A DNA stretch of 64,000 nt. It comes from an uncultured Phycisphaerales bacterium. GTDB lineage: Bacteria; Planctomycetota; Phycisphaerae; Tepidisphaerales; Tepidisphaeraceae. Made by a program: the position numbers and the translations under genes. The notes under the pieces are model-generated. The model was given only the letters and a program-made list of their open reading frames with translations, was not told the DNA's origin and searched no databases. The stretch covers positions 3,680,001 to 3,744,000 of the forward strand of contig CAVWVQ010000003.1 in NCBI GenBank assembly GCA_963758525.1, given 5' to 3'. Of this stretch, positions 9,886-18,949 are shown piece after piece (the first letter of the stretch is position 1; the number at the start of each line of letters is the position of its first letter).

Positions 9886-10824
9886 TCAGTCATCTTGGAC
9901 CATGCTCCGGCGCACCTCGAGCAGCCAATCATTGGCTGCCACGTAGTCGGGCCGCTCGGGAAGAGTCGTTTTTGCGTAGGCATTTTCAAAGTCCTGCTGG
10001 AGGGAAATCCGCCAGGCATCGGCGGCTTCGAACGGCATCTCGCCGCGTCGCACCGCCAGCAGCTTGTCCCGCGCTCCCTGCGGAACCGCAACGGGGACGC
10101 GATGTTCTTCGAGCACTGTAATGCCCGCCATCAGCAGCCGGAGCAAATGCATCACGTGTTTCCATTTGATCGCGCCTTTGTTGCGCAGGTCGGCCTGGAG
10201 CTTCTTGAACTGGCTCATCACATAGCCGTTGTACGTCTGATAGATGAGTTTGGAGAGCAGTCGCTCTCGAATCCCCAGGAGTTCCTGAGCCAGCGGCGTC
10301 GCGTGCTCGACCATCGGCGTGTAGAGGCACTCCAGCACATTGGGATTGGCCTTGAGCGCCAGCATGAGAAACTTCTGCGCTTCCCAATAGACTTCCTCGG
10401 TCTGCGGATTTTCCAGTTGCTCCGGCACGCCATAAAGCGACCAGTGGAGCGACGCCGGAGGAAGATACACGCCACGGCGGTCGACATCGCTCGCTTCGTT
10501 GGACAAGCCGTAGGCCTGTGAGCCGACGACGCACCGGTAGATCACGTGGCGGTACAAATCGTACTCGGCAAGCGGATCGAGCATTGGTCCGTCGCCGGCC
10601 GCGTCCTGAAACTGAGAGAGAATCGCCAGTTCGCGTCGATGCAGGCTTGCCAGTGAACCATCGTTGAACCGCACCCGGTAACTGTTCCAGTAGTCTGAAG
10701 GCGCTTCCTGCACGACGCCGACCGCGCCGCGCGGATGCAGGGGCCGACCGTCTTCTCCGCGAATGTCCGCAAGCGCAACGACCTTGGTGCCGACCGAGAG
10801 AATGAAATGCGCCTGGTGGTTCAA
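9886..10824 (-). CDS. Pol-beta superfamily nucleotidyltransferase (RlaP-like) with extra small N-terminal beta-rich domain
   Basis: VGSQAYGLSNEASDVDRRGVY, KANPNVLECLY, KHVMHLLRLL; TTG start at 10824 inferred. Confidence 0.85.
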   Translation of the reverse strand: MNHQAHFILSVGTKVVALADIRGEDGRPLHPRGAVGVVQEAPSDYWNSYRVRFNDGSLASLHRRELAILSQFQDAAGDGPMLDPLAEYDLYRHVIYRCVVGSQAYGLSNEASDVDRRGVYLPPASLHWSLYGVPEQLENPQTEEVYWEAQKFLMLALKANPNVLECLYTPMVEHATPLAQELLGIRERLLSKLIYQTYNGYVMSQFKKLQADLRNKGAIKWKHVMHLLRLLMAGITVLEEHRVPVAVPQGARDKLLAVRRGEMPFEAADAWRISLQQDFENAYAKTTLPERPDYVAANDWLLEVRRSMVQDD

Positions 10825-10843
10825 TTGTCGCTCAAGCTGAAAG

Positions 10844-12247
10844 TCATGGCAGCTCAAAAACCGCCATCTGCGTGGGCGGTCCAACTTCCGGATCCTCCGG
10901 GCCGACGGGCAGGAAGCGAGCCGCGTAGGAAAACCGGGCCGCGACCGCGCCCGCCCATTCCTGGAACTGTCGGCGCGTCCATTCAAAGCGATGGTCGCGA
11001 TGACGAAACGTGCCGGCCGCAAGCGTCTCGAATCGCACGTTGTATTCCACGTTGGGCGTGGTGACGATCACCGTCTTCGGCCGGGCAAACTCAAAGAGCA
11101 CTCGCTCAAACGCCACCAGCCTCGGTTCGTCGAGATGTTCGATGACTTCCACGACGGCGGCTGCGTCAAACCCGCTCAGACGCGCATCGCGATAGATGAG
11201 CGAGCCGTGCAGCAACTCGATCCGGGCCCGCTGCCGCTCCGGCATGCGTTCCAGATGCAGCCGTTCGGCGGCAATTTCCAGAGCGCGATGCGAGACATCC
11301 ATTCCAACGACACGGTCAAACTGCTTGTCTTCCAGAAGCCGGCGCAGGAGATTGCCGTAACTGCATCCCAGATCGAGCACGCGCTGCGCCCCGCATGATT
11401 TCAGGCCCGCCAGCACGGCATTCTGCCGCTGCTCGTTGAGGCTGAGCTTCTCCTCCACTTTCTGCTCTTCGGTCGCGCGCAATTCTTCGGCTTCATCCGC
11501 TTGCGCAGGATCCGCGTCAATGAGCCGGGCCAGCGCCTGATCCGCGAGGTGCCGACGGTGCTTGAGATAGCGGCGGACGATCTGTTCTTTCTCCGGATGC
11601 GCCGCCAGCCACGGCTCGCCGTGCCGCAGCAGTTTTTCGACCTCTTCCTCGCCGATCCAGTAGTGCTTGTCGTTGTCGAGCACTGGAATCAGCACGTACA
11701 GATGCGTGAGCAGATCGTGCAGCGTGATCGTCTGCGAAAGCTCGACCGTGAAGTACGGTCCTTCGCCCCATTCGGGAAACCGCTGATCGAGCGGATGATG
11801 CGTCGCGGAGACACGATACCCCAACGGCTCGAAAAGTTTGTGCAGCAACATCTCACCGCCCCGGCAGGGGAGCACACTCAGCCGCGCCACCAGCGGAATC
11901 GGCCTCTCGATCAGGTCCGGCCGTTCGCGGCTTGTTCCCGAGAGCGCCGAGCCAAAAACCTGTGCGATGGCGACCGACAGCAGCGAACTGGCGACATAGG
12001 GCCGATCGTTCACGTACTGCTCCAGCGAAAACCCTTCGCCCGCCGGTCCGCGGCGATTGCGCACCAGGCCGATCGGATCGATCTCCAGCAACAAAGCGGC
12101 GGTGCAGCGTTCTGCCGAAGCCTGTGGATAGAACACGTGTGCGGTTCCGAACGCCAATTCAAACGCCTGCGGCCGCGCAGGGTTTTTGTGCAGCAGATAC
12201 CCGAGGTCGGTGGCGGGGGAGTGGGTGGTTGTGAGCGTGAGGAGCAT
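10844..12247 (-). CDS. hen1: 3'-terminal RNA ribose 2'-O-methyltransferase Hen1
   Basis: MLLTLTTTHSPATDLGYLLHKNP N-terminus, VLDLGC SAM motif, EVIEHLD, FRHRDHRFEWTR. Confidence 0.95.
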   Translation of the reverse strand: MLLTLTTTHSPATDLGYLLHKNPARPQAFELAFGTAHVFYPQASAERCTAALLLEIDPIGLVRNRRGPAGEGFSLEQYVNDRPYVASSLLSVAIAQVFGSALSGTSRERPDLIERPIPLVARLSVLPCRGGEMLLHKLFEPLGYRVSATHHPLDQRFPEWGEGPYFTVELSQTITLHDLLTHLYVLIPVLDNDKHYWIGEEEVEKLLRHGEPWLAAHPEKEQIVRRYLKHRRHLADQALARLIDADPAQADEAEELRATEEQKVEEKLSLNEQRQNAVLAGLKSCGAQRVLDLGCSYGNLLRRLLEDKQFDRVVGMDVSHRALEIAAERLHLERMPERQRARIELLHGSLIYRDARLSGFDAAAVVEVIEHLDEPRLVAFERVLFEFARPKTVIVTTPNVEYNVRFETLAAGTFRHRDHRFEWTRRQFQEWAGAVAARFSYAARFLPVGPEDPEVGPPTQMAVFELP

Positions 12248-12338
12248 GGCGTGCAAAATCGTCGCTGTCGCCGATCTAATTGCAACGCGTGCTGTGAGAC
12301 GAAGGCGCGGTCGGACGTCAACGCGCCGGCTAGTAGCA

Positions 12339-12632
12339 TCAGCGTCCGCGTACACTGGTGGATTCCGCAAGTGCCCCAGGTATGGGTTTGCCGGTCACAC
12401 GGCTATACAGCACCTCGGGATCTACGTCTGCGCCGTTGGGCCACACCACTGTGCCCAATTCGTTGTTCACGCTTACCTTTGCAAAATACTCCTTGTCTTC
12501 CAGCGGCGCGAAAACACCACCCTGGCCAACGACCCACGATTCAAAATCCACCACCCCCTTGATCCCGTCAGCGAACGTCAGCTCCAACTGATAATCACGG
12601 AGGTACTGAACGGATGTCACATCGGGATGCAT
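12339..12632 (-). CDS. DUF2442-family protein (putative antitoxin)
   Basis: YQLELTFADG..GVVD, GTVVWPNGADVDPEVLY. Confidence 0.8.
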   Translation of the reverse strand: MHPDVTSVQYLRDYQLELTFADGIKGVVDFESWVVGQGGVFAPLEDKEYFAKVSVNNELGTVVWPNGADVDPEVLYSRVTGKPIPGALAESTSVRGR

Positions 12633-12646
12633 AGCGGTCTCCATGC

Positions 12647-12906
12647 TCAGCGTAAGGGCTCTATGCTCTGCAGCGGTTGATGCTCCATGGCGGATCGGAA
12701 GTTTGTCAGTAGCTCGTCTTGGTGCAGCGCTGCCCATTCGATCACCATCCCAGCGCACGCGGTGGAAGGTAGCCGGATATCAGCATTGGGGGATTGATCA
12801 GTATTTTTGCTTTATCCGCTCCGTATCGAGCATGGAAGTGCGCCGGTTCATGGTCGTTGTAATAAATGGCAACGATGATCCCAAAAAATCGAGAGATCTC
12901 CGGCAT
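12647..12906 (-). CDS. DUF4160-family protein (putative toxin), one frameshift near 12748
   Basis: Manual translation: MPEISRFFGIIVAIYYNDHEPAHFHARYG...GYLPPRALG, then shifted frame MVIEWAALHQDELLTNF..IEPLR*. Confidence 0.75.
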
Positions 12907-12969
12907 CAACCCACGCTAACGATTGTAGTATGGCAATTCAACGTCGGACGTCGAAGATATCGAAGATCC

Positions 12970-13090
12970 CAAGGCAATTGCATGTGACAGTTTTGTGGTG
13001 CAGGCTTCCAGCCTGCTTCCCAAGCAGCAGGCTGGAAGCCTGCACCACAATGGGAAATCGTCCTTCCGGCAGTCACATGCAATTGCCCTG
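12970..13090. mobile_element. 121-bp MITE with ISAs1-like ends containing a REP hairpin
   Basis: 19-bp terminal inverted repeats CA(A/G)GGCAATTGCATGTGAC, flanked by direct repeat CGAAGATCC (12961-12969, 13091-13099); internal perfect 25-bp inverted repeat 12993-13017/13026-13050. Confidence 0.7.
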
Positions 13091-13161
13091 CGAAGATCCC
13101 CACCAGGGCCGATCGATCGCGTACGGCATTCAGAATTGCAACGCCCCCGAAGTTTGGCAAA

Positions 13162-14535
13162 ATGGCGAGCGTGAGTGACGAAAAACAACCTGAGGTGTGG
13201 GACGCAATCATCATCGGCGGCGGCCCGACTGGAGCGATCGCCGGCCTGGAGCTCGCGCGGCGCGGACGCCGCGCCCTCATCTTGGAAAAGGCGGAATTCC
13301 CGCGATTTCACGTCGGCGAATCGCTGCTGCCGGCGACGCTCGATCTGCTTAAAGAGCTGGGGCTGGAGGCAGAACTGCGGAAGCTGCCGCATGTGAAGAA
13401 GTTCGGTGCGGATTTTGCGATGGGGGGCAAGGGACTGCCGACGGAGATCGATTTTGCGCACGGGTATTGCCGGTCATTCGAGACGTTTAACATCGAGCGG
13501 TCGCTCTTTGACGCAATGCTTCTGCGCGAGGCGGAGAAGCGAGGCGCCCAAGTCCGGCAAGGGACGGCTGTCAGACGGATCGTGTCACTTGCCGATGGCG
13601 ACGTGTGCGTGGAGACGGATGCGGGGGAGGTTCGCGGGCGGTATTTGCTCGACGCGAGCGGGCAGGGCTCCGTGGTCGGCCGGCATCTGGGAACACGTCG
13701 CCCGGCTGAAGAGTCGTACCTCCACAAGGTCGCATACTTCAACCATTTCGAGAATGTATCGCGTGCCGACGGCATCAAGGGAGGCAATCCGCTCATCGCG
13801 ATGATGGACGAGGGTTGGTTCTGGCTCATTCCGATCACCGAACGTCGCACCAGCATCGGCATGGTGATCGATGCCGACACGGCCCGGCGCATCTCTCGCG
13901 AGGAAGGCGTCGCGCCGGATCGCATGCTCGCGTGGGGGCTGGATCGCTGCCCCGCGATGCTCAAGCGATTGCGTGATGCAATTCGGCCGCAGACGAACAA
14001 TGTTGCCGCGGATTTCAGCTATCGCTGCCGGCCCTACGCGGGGGAGGGTTATTTCCTGGTGGGCGACGCGGCGGCGTTTATGGACCCGATCTTTTCAACC
14101 GGAATCTTTGTCGGCACCCAGGGAGCGATGGCGACGGCCCGCCTGGTGGACGACATCCTTGCCGGTCGCATCAGCGCTTCGCGGGCGCGCAAACAGTATT
14201 GCCGCCAGTTCGAGCAGTGCACCGACACGCTCTTCAAGCTCATCGGCCAGTATTACGATCACTCGTTCCGCGAATTGTTCCTGCAGGGGTCCGGTCCGCT
14301 GGCGGTGCATCGCGCGGTGATCGGGGTCCTGGCGGGGAATGTTTTTCCGCGTCCGCCATTGAAGCTGCGATGGCGATTGTGGGTGTTCGATCAGTTCGTG
14401 AAGATCAATCGCAGCCGCCGGTTGGTGTCACCGCGACGAAGGTTTTCGCTGCTCAAGCAGACCGTGCCGTCCGCGGGTGCTGCGCCAATGATCGCAGTGG
14501 GCACTGGAACCCCGGGCGATCTCCCGCCGGTCTAG
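13162..14535 (+). CDS. Flavin-dependent halogenase-family protein
   Basis: GGGPTG, FPRFHVGESL, KKFGA (putative catalytic Lys), WFWLIP (WxWxIP), GDAAAFMDPIFSTG. Confidence 0.8.
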   Translation: MASVSDEKQPEVWDAIIIGGGPTGAIAGLELARRGRRALILEKAEFPRFHVGESLLPATLDLLKELGLEAELRKLPHVKKFGADFAMGGKGLPTEIDFAHGYCRSFETFNIERSLFDAMLLREAEKRGAQVRQGTAVRRIVSLADGDVCVETDAGEVRGRYLLDASGQGSVVGRHLGTRRPAEESYLHKVAYFNHFENVSRADGIKGGNPLIAMMDEGWFWLIPITERRTSIGMVIDADTARRISREEGVAPDRMLAWGLDRCPAMLKRLRDAIRPQTNNVAADFSYRCRPYAGEGYFLVGDAAAFMDPIFSTGIFVGTQGAMATARLVDDILAGRISASRARKQYCRQFEQCTDTLFKLIGQYYDHSFRELFLQGSGPLAVHRAVIGVLAGNVFPRPPLKLRWRLWVFDQFVKINRSRRLVSPRRRFSLLKQTVPSAGAAPMIAVGTGTPGDLPPV

Positions 14536-14682
14536 AGCGAAGCGCAGCGGAGCGTTCGAGAGCGCTCCCGAGGCGCTCCTGCGGCTTAGCCTGGCGCATC
14601 CTGATCTTCTCCCCATTCCCCTTGCAAACGATTTCACGGTCTTCTAAGCTGCAATGTTCCTAAGGAAAGGGTTATCAAGATC

Positions 14683-14967
14683 TTGGATGCAGTGCGGAAT
14701 CAATCTCTCGACGAAATTAAGATCGAATTGAAACGGCTTCTGGTGGAAAATCTCTCGCTGGAAGACGTAAAGGCTGAAGATATTTCCGACGATGCAAACC
14801 TCTTTGGCGAAGACGGGATCGGGCTCGATTCGCTCGACGGGGTTGAGGTGGTCGTGCTGCTCCATCGCCAGTACGGGCTGGACGTGAAGGCAATGCAGAA
14901 GGGGCGCGACGTGTTCCGCTCGATCAATACCCTGGCGCCCTACGTGCTGGCCAACGCGACCAAGTAA
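14683..14967 (+). CDS. Acyl carrier protein 1
   Basis: LFGEDGIGLDSLDGVE phosphopantetheine motif. Confidence 0.9.
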   Translation: MDAVRNQSLDEIKIELKRLLVENLSLEDVKAEDISDDANLFGEDGIGLDSLDGVEVVVLLHRQYGLDVKAMQKGRDVFRSINTLAPYVLANATK

Positions 14968-14985
14968 CAATTCGCGCGATTCATC

Positions 14986-16290
14986 ATGACACGCTCACCG
15001 ATCTGGATTGCGGGCGTCGGGGCAGTATGCGGAGCTGGTGACGATATCCCCTCGATTCTCAGCGCGTTCTCGACCGGCCGACGCAGGCCCGTGAACACGC
15101 TTCCCTTTAAAAGCTCCGTGGTGTGCCCGACATTCCAGGTTTCGGCGGATTTGCCGGTGCTTCCTGAACGATACAACAGCAGTCGCAGCCTCCGGATGAC
15201 GATCCGGGCTGTGCGGGAAGCGCTGGAAAACGCGGGGATCCGGCGATTGGGCGCTAACAGTCCGTTGCACAACCCCGCTCCGAATCTGAGCTACTCCGAA
15301 GGCTCGGATCAGGCGCCGGGAAATCCGAGCGTTCGGAGTACCTCAGACTCGGCGTGGAGGGGCTCCGAGTCGGGTTCTAACGTCCGCGTCGGCGTCTGCA
15401 TCGGAACGACGGTGGCGTGTCAGTTGAACAGCGTTTCGTTTTACGGCGCCTATCGCGGCGGGCAGGAACCGCCGCTCGACGCGGTCTGGAACTATCTGCA
15501 TTCGAATCTGGCGCAGGCGGTCGCGAGGTTGCTAAAGCTCAGCGGCCCGCGGATGACGGTCGTCAACGCATGCTCATCGGGCACCGACGCGATCGGCGTT
15601 GCCGCGAGCTGGATTCGCGCCGGTCTGTGTGACATCGCCATTGCCGGCGGCGCGGATGAATTGCACCCGGTGCCGATGTCGGGGTTCTGGTCGCTGGGGG
15701 TGATGAGCACCGAGCCGTGCCTGCCATTCGATCGCAACCGCAGCGGCTTGAATCTGGGAGAAGGCGCCGGGATCGTCGTGCTGGAGTCCGATGCGCACGC
15801 CAAGGCGCGCGATCGTCGCAATCAGTTTGAGGTTGCGGGTTTCGGCTCCGCTTGCGACGGACATCACCTGACCGCGCCGCATCCCGAAGGACGCGGGCTC
15901 GACGCCGCGATTCGCGCCGCCCTCCAACAGGCGGGCATTGCGCCCAATCAGATCGCGTTCGTCAATGCGCACGGCACCGCGACGCACGACAATGACCGTG
16001 CCGAAGGGAAAGTGCTGGCACGTCTCTTCGGCTCTGATGTGATGCTTCTCTCCACCAAAGGATACACCGGCCACGCCCTGGGGGCGGCGGGGGCGCTGGA
16101 AGCGGTGTTCACGCTGCTGGGCCTGCGGGAAAAATGGATTCCGCCCAGCGCGGGATTCGAGCAGCGCGACGACGATATTGGCGTTGCCCCTGCCGCGCGT
16201 CGCAGGTCGATTGACGGCAACTACGCGCTTTCCACGTCGCTCGCATTTGGCGGCAACAACGCGGCGCTGGTCATCAGGAGGCGCGCTTGA
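14986..16290 (+). CDS. Beta-ketoacyl-ACP synthase (active C-H-H) with 41-aa repeat-derived insert
   Basis: NACSSG, AHGTAT, GHALG, AFGGNN. Confidence 0.9.
   Translation: MTRSPIWIAGVGAVCGAGDDIPSILSAFSTGRRRPVNTLPFKSSVVCPTFQVSADLPVLPERYNSSRSLRMTIRAVREALENAGIRRLGANSPLHNPAPNLSYSEGSDQAPGNPSVRSTSDSAWRGSESGSNVRVGVCIGTTVACQLNSVSFYGAYRGGQEPPLDAVWNYLHSNLAQAVARLLKLSGPRMTVVNACSSGTDAIGVAASWIRAGLCDIAIAGGADELHPVPMSGFWSLGVMSTEPCLPFDRNRSGLNLGEGAGIVVLESDAHAKARDRRNQFEVAGFGSACDGHHLTAPHPEGRGLDAAIRAALQQAGIAPNQIAFVNAHGTATHDNDRAEGKVLARLFGSDVMLLSTKGYTGHALGAAGALEAVFTLLGLREKWIPPSAGFEQRDDDIGVAPAARRRSIDGNYALSTSLAFGGNNAALVIRRRA
15254..15381. repeat. In-frame palindromic insertion inside ketosynthase
   Basis: 30-bp inverted arms 15280-15309/15323-15352 (3 mismatches); CTAAC direct repeat at 15254 and 15377, 123 nt apart. 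Confidence 0.75.
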
Positions 16291-17150
16291 TTCAGCCAAT
16301 GGGAATCCTCGGCATCGGCGCGATCACCCCCTTCGGCAGAGATCTCGCGCAGGTTGCCCGGCACGTGCAGGAATCGGGCCGCAATCCGCCCAGCGGGCGG
16401 CGCGTCAACGATGAACTTTTGGTGGACCCGGCCATCAGCAAGCGAATGCGACGAGCCGATCGCTTTTCCCGGATGGCTGCCGTCGCCGCGATTGACGCAT
16501 GGAAACAGTCGAGCGGCGCCTGCGAGGATGTGCCCAGGGAACGCATCGGGCTGATCGTGACCTCCGGCTTCGGTCCGCATTGCCGCGGATTCCGATTCCT
16601 CGATGGAATGCTCGATTGCGGCGACAGTGCCGCCTCCCCCACGGATTTCTCTCACTCCGTTCATGGCGCCGCCGCCGCGTACATCACCGAACTGCTGGAA
16701 CTGCGCGGACCGTCCCTGAGCACGACGGACTTTGAAGTCGGATTCGAGGAAGCCGTCCTGCTCGCGCAATGCTGGCTCAATGACGGCACGTGCCAGCGCG
16801 TCCTGGTGGGGGCCGTCGAGGAACTGGGCGACGTGCTGCTGCATTGCGTGGCGCGCATGATCGCGCCGGAACAGTCAATGATTCTGGGCGAGGGCGCTCT
16901 CTTTTTCATGCTCGGGCCGGAGGCCGCCGGCGCGTTTGCGAGTCTCGACGCAGTTGCCGGGCCCCGGGCCGACGAGCTACGAATTATCGATGAATCTGAA
17001 AATCACTTCTGTCGCTCGGCGACGGATTCTGCCTTCCGGTTGCTCGCGACGGTGCTTTTGCCGCAGGTTGAAAATGCCCGGGTGGTTGGCGCATCGTGCG
17101 GCTTACGGGAAACTTCATTGGGCGTCACCCGTCGAAGCCCGATGATCTGA
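16287..17150 (+). CDS. KS chain-length-factor-like protein
   Basis: MRRADRFSRMA, SPTDFSHSVHG; no catalytic Cys-His-His; overlaps KS stop. Confidence 0.8.
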   Translation: MIQPMGILGIGAITPFGRDLAQVARHVQESGRNPPSGRRVNDELLVDPAISKRMRRADRFSRMAAVAAIDAWKQSSGACEDVPRERIGLIVTSGFGPHCRGFRFLDGMLDCGDSAASPTDFSHSVHGAAAAYITELLELRGPSLSTTDFEVGFEEAVLLAQCWLNDGTCQRVLVGAVEELGDVLLHCVARMIAPEQSMILGEGALFFMLGPEAAGAFASLDAVAGPRADELRIIDESENHFCRSATDSAFRLLATVLLPQVENARVVGASCGLRETSLGVTRRSPMI

Positions 17151-17170
17151 TTGCGGAGGAAGAATTTCAG

Positions 17171-17479
17171 ATGCTCCAAGCCAGCGATATTGAAGATGTT
17201 CAGAAGCAACTCTGCGAGGAAATTCGCGTGTTGATGTCGTTGAAGCCCGGCGCGGTTCTTCCCGACACCAGCCTGGCGGGCTTGGGCATCGATTCGCTGC
17301 GATTCGTTTCGCTGCTGATCGTCATCGAGCAGAAGTTCGGCGTGAGCCTGATGAAGGTGGGACTGAAAAAAGAGGACATGCAGTCTGTTCGCACGCTCTC
17401 CTCGGCGATTTGCGCGGGCGCAGCGCTTGAGGCTTTCGCTTCCCTATTTCCGCTCGCGCCGCTACCTGAGCGGCGTTGA
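17171..17479 (+). CDS. Acyl carrier protein 2 (true end probably ~17430)
   Basis: LGIDSLRFVSLLIVIEQKFG; tail overlaps next gene, probable 1-nt error. Confidence 0.8.
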   Translation: MLQASDIEDVQKQLCEEIRVLMSLKPGAVLPDTSLAGLGIDSLRFVSLLIVIEQKFGVSLMKVGLKKEDMQSVRTLSSAICAGAALEAFASLFPLAPLPERR

Positions 17480-18761
17480 CTGGATGATGGGCGCGATGGA
17501 CTACCTGGCCATTCGCACCACCGGCATCGGCGCGCTCTCGCAGGCGATTCTCGACGTTGCGGGAAAGATCCCTGAGCCGGCGCTGCGCTCGGCCCTCGAT
17601 CAGATCTCGGATTGCTTTCCGCTCGTGCATGGCCGGGTGGCACGCGATTGTTTCAACCTCGCGCCATTCTGGAAAGTTTCGCGAAACGCCCGCGCGAAGC
17701 GGCTTGTGTTAAAGGTAGTGGACCTTTCCCAGGGCTCGGATACCGAAGCCGAGCGACTGCTCGCCGAGCACGTCAACACGCGCATGCAGCCGCGCTTTCA
17801 GCACCTGCGGTTTTTGCTGATTCATGTGGGCGAAACCCGGTCGCTTCTGGGGATGGTCTTCGACCATAAATTGCTGGACGCCTTCGGAGCCGAGTCATTC
17901 CTCCGGCTCATCGATCAGACTTCGCAGGGGAAGCTGGGGGAAATCGCGCCGCTGGTGAAGACCGCGGAACCCGCCCAACTCGATCACTGGATGCGCCGCT
18001 TTCAGTCCGGCAAGACCGTGAACGAGAGGCTCTTCAAACTGGGCCAGCGCGACCTTTCCGCGCTGCAAATGCCCGCTCCGGGCGGGTCGCACCGAGTCTG
18101 CTTTCTGCACGAAAAGCTGACCGTGCAGGAAACCGAGCACGTCCGCCAGCGATCCGGCGAAGAATGCGGCATGCCGATCCTGCTTCCCTCGACCGCCGCG
18201 CGCGCGGTCCTTGCCATGAAGCAGGCGATTCCGAATCCCCCGCTGGCGGGAACGCAGCATCTGGTTTTCACCTCCGCCAGCACGCGATCGCCGGGCCAGG
18301 AATGGGATGGACTGTTCTTCAACCAATTGTCGTTTCTGCTTTTCTCGGTGCCGGGGGAAGCGCCAACGTCGCCTGCGCCGCTGGCGGTGCTGCTCCGCGA
18401 CGAATTCTTCGACCAGATGAGAAGCGGCATGCCCGCCGCGCTGCAGGACGCGACGATATTGATGCGCATTTGCCCCCACTGGCTTGGAAGCCGGCTGATG
18501 AAACGCTTTTTCAAAGGCCGCGTTTGCTCGCTCTACTTCGCCTGCCTGCGCGAAACCGGCTTTTCCCAGAAGAGCTTCATGGGATTGCCGGCCGTCGATC
18601 TGATTCACACACCCACCGCTTTCGCGCCCCCCGGATTGAATTTGTGCATGACGTTTTTTGATGACCATTTCAATCTGGTGCTCTCGTATCTCGATGGGGC
18701 GATGCAGGAGAGCGAAGCCCGCGAGATGATGAGCCGATTTAAGTCGATGCTGATTGCCTGA
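17427..18761 (+). CDS. Condensation-domain-like / CoA-dependent acyltransferase
   Basis: 444 aa, FPLVHGR, HKLLD (HxxxD) motif, C-terminal PPGLNLCMTF..LVLSY. Confidence 0.6.
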   Translation: MRLSLPYFRSRRYLSGVDWMMGAMDYLAIRTTGIGALSQAILDVAGKIPEPALRSALDQISDCFPLVHGRVARDCFNLAPFWKVSRNARAKRLVLKVVDLSQGSDTEAERLLAEHVNTRMQPRFQHLRFLLIHVGETRSLLGMVFDHKLLDAFGAESFLRLIDQTSQGKLGEIAPLVKTAEPAQLDHWMRRFQSGKTVNERLFKLGQRDLSALQMPAPGGSHRVCFLHEKLTVQETEHVRQRSGEECGMPILLPSTAARAVLAMKQAIPNPPLAGTQHLVFTSASTRSPGQEWDGLFFNQLSFLLFSVPGEAPTSPAPLAVLLRDEFFDQMRSGMPAALQDATILMRICPHWLGSRLMKRFFKGRVCSLYFACLRETGFSQKSFMGLPAVDLIHTPTAFAPPGLNLCMTFFDDHFNLVLSYLDGAMQESEAREMMSRFKSMLIA

Positions 18762-18819
18762 GTGCCGGGCCGGTATGTCAGGGAAATAAGCGAATCGCAG
18801 TTGTGACGCCCAAATCCTC

Positions 18820-18936
18820 CCCCGTGGCACGGGCATCTTGCCCGTGTTGGCGACTTGAGCAGAAAAAAACCGTTGTTACCAAAGCCTCCCGTCAGCACCA
18901 CGCTCCCAACACGGGCAGGATGCCCGTGCCACGGGG
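18820..18936. repeat. REP doublet (family C) between convergent genes, possible bidirectional terminator
   Basis: 31-bp arms CCCCGTGGCACGGGCATC(T/C)TGCCCGTGTTGG, 1 mismatch. Confidence 0.85.
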
Positions 18937-18949
18937 AACGGCCCTGAAA

